From Candidatus Cloacimonadales bacterium (GTDB lineage: Bacteria > Cloacimonadota > Cloacimonadia > Cloacimonadales > JAFGVF01), in assembly GCA_963667035.1 (NCBI GenBank), contig OY762964.1, positions 1,312,001 to 1,376,000 on the forward strand: 64,000 bases of DNA, read 5' to 3'. Both the position numbers and the translations under genes were made by a program. Under the pieces are notes generated by a model. That model ran no database searches, was not told the origin of the DNA, and saw nothing but the letters and a program-made list of their open reading frames with translations. Positions 61,503 to 64,000 of the stretch are shown here, in pieces. How positions within the stretch are numbered: position 1 is the stretch's first letter; every line of letters starts with the position of its first letter.

Positions 61503-63002
61503 ATGACTGACGTAAAAGCAACAGATCAAGTTAAAGCTAACATTGCTGAAGATTATCAGAAAATGTTAGATCAGTCCCTCACACAGACTTCAAAACAGAA
61601 GAAAGGTGATGTTGTAGAGGGTGAAATCATTAACATCAATGAAAGTGACATCTTTGTAAACTTAGGCGGAAAAGTGGACGGCATTGCTGCTAGAGCTGAT
61701 TTCGCTGATAAAGATGGTAACCTTGAACTTAAGATCGGTGATAAACTATCAGGTTTCATCGTAGAAATTAACGATTCATGCATCACAATTGCTCGTTCTC
61801 TCTCAAAAACTAATGTAGACAGATCAGCTCTTAAAGATGCTTTCATAAACAAATTGCCTGTAAATGGTAAAGTAACTGCTAAAGTTAAAGGTGGTTACAG
61901 TGTAGATTTACTCGGTGTTAGAGCTTTTTGTCCTGTTTCACAAATTGATGTTCGTCCTTCTGATAATGCCGAACTTTATGTTGGTAAAACATTTGATTTC
62001 AGAGTTATTGAATTTGAAGAGAGAGGAAGAAACATTATTGCTTCCCGTAAAGCTATCTTAGATGAAGATCAAGCCAAGCAGAAAGCAAAACTACTTGAAA
62101 ACCTCAATGAAGGAGATGTAGTTAAAGGAACTGTTAAACGTTTCACAAACTTTGGTGCTTTTGTAGATTTAGGTGGATATGAGGGATTACTTCATGTTTC
62201 TGAAATATCTTGGGCTCATGTTGCAAGACCTGAAGATGTACTTGAAGTAGAACAAGAAATTGATGTTAAAATCATCGGATTACAACAAGATAAAATCTCT
62301 TTATCTTTAAAACAACTCCAATCAAATCCTTTTGACAAAGCTATGGACGAACTTAATGAAGGTGAAGATCTTGAAGTTAAAGTGCTTCGTTTACATCCAT
62401 TTGGTGCTTTTGTTGAGTTAATGCCTGGTGTTGAAGGTCTAATTCCTGTATCTGAAATGGCTCGCGGTAGAATCATCAAACATCCAAAAGATGTTCTCTC
62501 AAATGGTGACATTGTTGAAGCAAGAATCTTGAAGATTGATCCTAACGGACAAAAGATTTCTCTTTCTATGAAAGCTCTTCAACCTGATCCATGGGAAAAT
62601 GTTGATTCTGTTATTAAAGAAGGTGACATTATTGAAGGTATCGTTGAAACAAATACAAAACATGGTGTATTTGTTACTATCAGAGAAGGTTTAACCGGGT
62701 TACTTCCTATCTCAAGAATTAAAGAAGGTGAGCAATATTCAACTGGTGATAAAATAGAATTAAGAATTACCAGAATTAACACTCAGGATAAGAGAATTTC
62801 TCTTAACTATGTTGATGCACCGGATGAACCAGAAAAACCACGTTTCAGAAGAAACAATCAAGAAAGAGATAATAATTACAGCAATAATAGAGAATTCAGA
62901 CGTCCTCGTAACAACAATAATAGAAGAGGCGATCAGTCTTGGCGTAAATTTGCTACAGATAATGCAGATGTACCGGAAGACAATCCATTCGCTGACTTAT
63001 AA
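61503..63002 (+). CDS. rpsA: Ribosomal protein S1-like protein (five S1 domains)
   Basis: Repeated S1 motifs FGAFVDLGG.EGLLHVSE and FGAFVEL.PGVEGL; ATG at 61503 after GGGAG. Confidence 0.8.
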   Translation: MTDVKATDQVKANIAEDYQKMLDQSLTQTSKQKKGDVVEGEIININESDIFVNLGGKVDGIAARADFADKDGNLELKIGDKLSGFIVEINDSCITIARSLSKTNVDRSALKDAFINKLPVNGKVTAKVKGGYSVDLLGVRAFCPVSQIDVRPSDNAELYVGKTFDFRVIEFEERGRNIIASRKAILDEDQAKQKAKLLENLNEGDVVKGTVKRFTNFGAFVDLGGYEGLLHVSEISWAHVARPEDVLEVEQEIDVKIIGLQQDKISLSLKQLQSNPFDKAMDELNEGEDLEVKVLRLHPFGAFVELMPGVEGLIPVSEMARGRIIKHPKDVLSNGDIVEARILKIDPNGQKISLSMKALQPDPWENVDSVIKEGDIIEGIVETNTKHGVFVTIREGLTGLLPISRIKEGEQYSTGDKIELRITRINTQDKRISLNYVDAPDEPEKPRFRRNNQERDNNYSNNREFRRPRNNNNRRGDQSWRKFATDNADVPEDNPFADL

Positions 63003-63023
63003 ATAATAAGAACTAATATTTAG

Positions 63024-63051
63024 GGGTAGCTAATCAAGCTACCCTTTTTTT
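63024..63051 (+). terminator. Rho-independent terminator
   Basis: GGGTAGCT/AGCTACCC followed by T7. Confidence 0.85.
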
Positions 63052-63174
63052 ATTTCGCAAATATTCATAATAAAGGAAGTTGATTTGTTAAATTAGAAAT
63101 GATTTGCAAGCTATGATGTTGACAAAACTTGTTTAATTGTAAATTTTGAAAAAAACTATCAATAGGAGATTTTA

Positions 63175-64000
63175 ATGAAAACATTGTTCATCGATGGCAA
63201 TTCACTGACTATAGAGAATGTTTGGGAAGTTGCTTCTAATAATCGCAGAATAGCTTTGACTGAAGAAGCAAAAATAAAGATAAATAAGTGCCGTGATTTC
63301 GTAGATGAAATCATCCAAGAAGGAAAAGTAGTATACGGTTTAACTACCGGATTTGGTAAGTTTGCAACTGTTACAATCCCACCAGATCAATTGGAAGAAT
63401 TACAAGAGAACTTAATTCTTAGCCATGCTACCGGAGTTGGCAATGCATACTCAGAGGAAGAGACTCGAGCAATAATGCTTCTTAGAATAAATGTTTTAGC
63501 TAAGGGTTTTTCAGGTATTAGATTGTCGACTCTAGAGACATTGATTGATATGCTTAACAAAGGAGTTCATCCTTTAATTCCGGAAAAAGGTTCAGTAGGA
63601 GCAAGTGGAGATTTAGCTCCTCTCTCCCACTTGGCATTAGTTCTTATCGGTTATGGTAAAGCTATCTACAAAAGAAAAGAAATGGATGGTACTGAAGCTA
63701 TGAAATTAGCAGGAATTACTCCTGTTAAACTTGCAGCTAAAGAGGGATTGGCTCTCAACAATGGCACACAGGTTATGGCTGCAATTGGAGCTTTAACACT
63801 TAGAAAAGCTGAACACTATTGTAGAATTGCAGATATAGCTGAAGCTATAACAGTAGATGCCCTGCTAGGTACAGATGCTTGTTTCAGTCCATTAATTCAT
63901 AAAGTAAGAGCTCATCCAGGACAAATGGATGCAGCTTTTAACATGAAAACAATCTTGGAGAATAGTCCTCTTAGAAAGTCGCATGAAGATTGTGGGAACG
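63175..64000 (+). CDS. hutH: Histidine ammonia-lyase (runs off the right edge)
   Basis: Not in the ORF track. ATG at 63175 after AGGAG; VYGLTTGFG, LQENLILSHATGVG, GSVGASGDLAPL (MIO-forming ASG), KEGLALNNGTQ. Confidence 0.93.
   Translation, partial: MKTLFIDGNSLTIENVWEVASNNRRIALTEEAKIKINKCRDFVDEIIQEGKVVYGLTTGFGKFATVTIPPDQLEELQENLILSHATGVGNAYSEEETRAIMLLRINVLAKGFSGIRLSTLETLIDMLNKGVHPLIPEKGSVGASGDLAPLSHLALVLIGYGKAIYKRKEMDGTEAMKLAGITPVKLAAKEGLALNNGTQVMAAIGALTLRKAEHYCRIADIAEAITVDALLGTDACFSPLIHKVRAHPGQMDAAFNMKTILENSPLRKSHEDCGN

Noticed and set aside
654..63006. Numerous 60-120 aa ORFs antisense to or overlapping the long genes
   Set aside because: Shadow ORFs of well-supported genes, with no independent signals.

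Overview
AT-rich bacterial chromosomal segment. Several secreted proteins carry FlgD-Ig/T9SS-type C-terminal domains (NYPNPFNP...IYNIKGQ.V...WDG.D...SGIYFY...KKM.L.K) and two are C25 gingipain-like proteases, which points to an FCB-superphylum anaerobe, most plausibly Cloacimonadota (inference). From left to right the window holds: part of an anaerobic purine-catabolism operon (xanthine-dehydrogenase-family Mo and 2Fe-2S subunits, ygeW, an atypical PLP enzyme); an accessory patch with REP-like elements, a MITE, an orphan CTD fragment and a nucleotidyl-cyclase-like gene; ndk; an M16 peptidase; the mreB-mreC-(CofE-like ligase)-mreD-mrdA-rodA operon; DUF4139 and LruC genes; a TolC/MFP/RND system; a TPR histidine kinase; a four-gene DUF6754 membrane cluster; rdgB, pmm/pgm and an ABC-F; a heterodimeric ABC exporter; lysS; a cluster of CTD-bearing secreted proteins with an IS1182 remnant; an S1 protein; and the start of hutH. 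The most notable observations are an F420:glutamate-ligase-like gene translationally coupled inside the elongasome operon, a dispersed non-coding element built from 11-bp-phased CACTG/CAGTG motifs around a dyad (two inverted copies 27 kb apart), the uncharacterised DUF6754 membrane operon, and the lone cyclase-like gene among repeats. No rRNA, tRNA or CRISPR array was recognised. All family assignments are from motif recognition by eye, not database searches.
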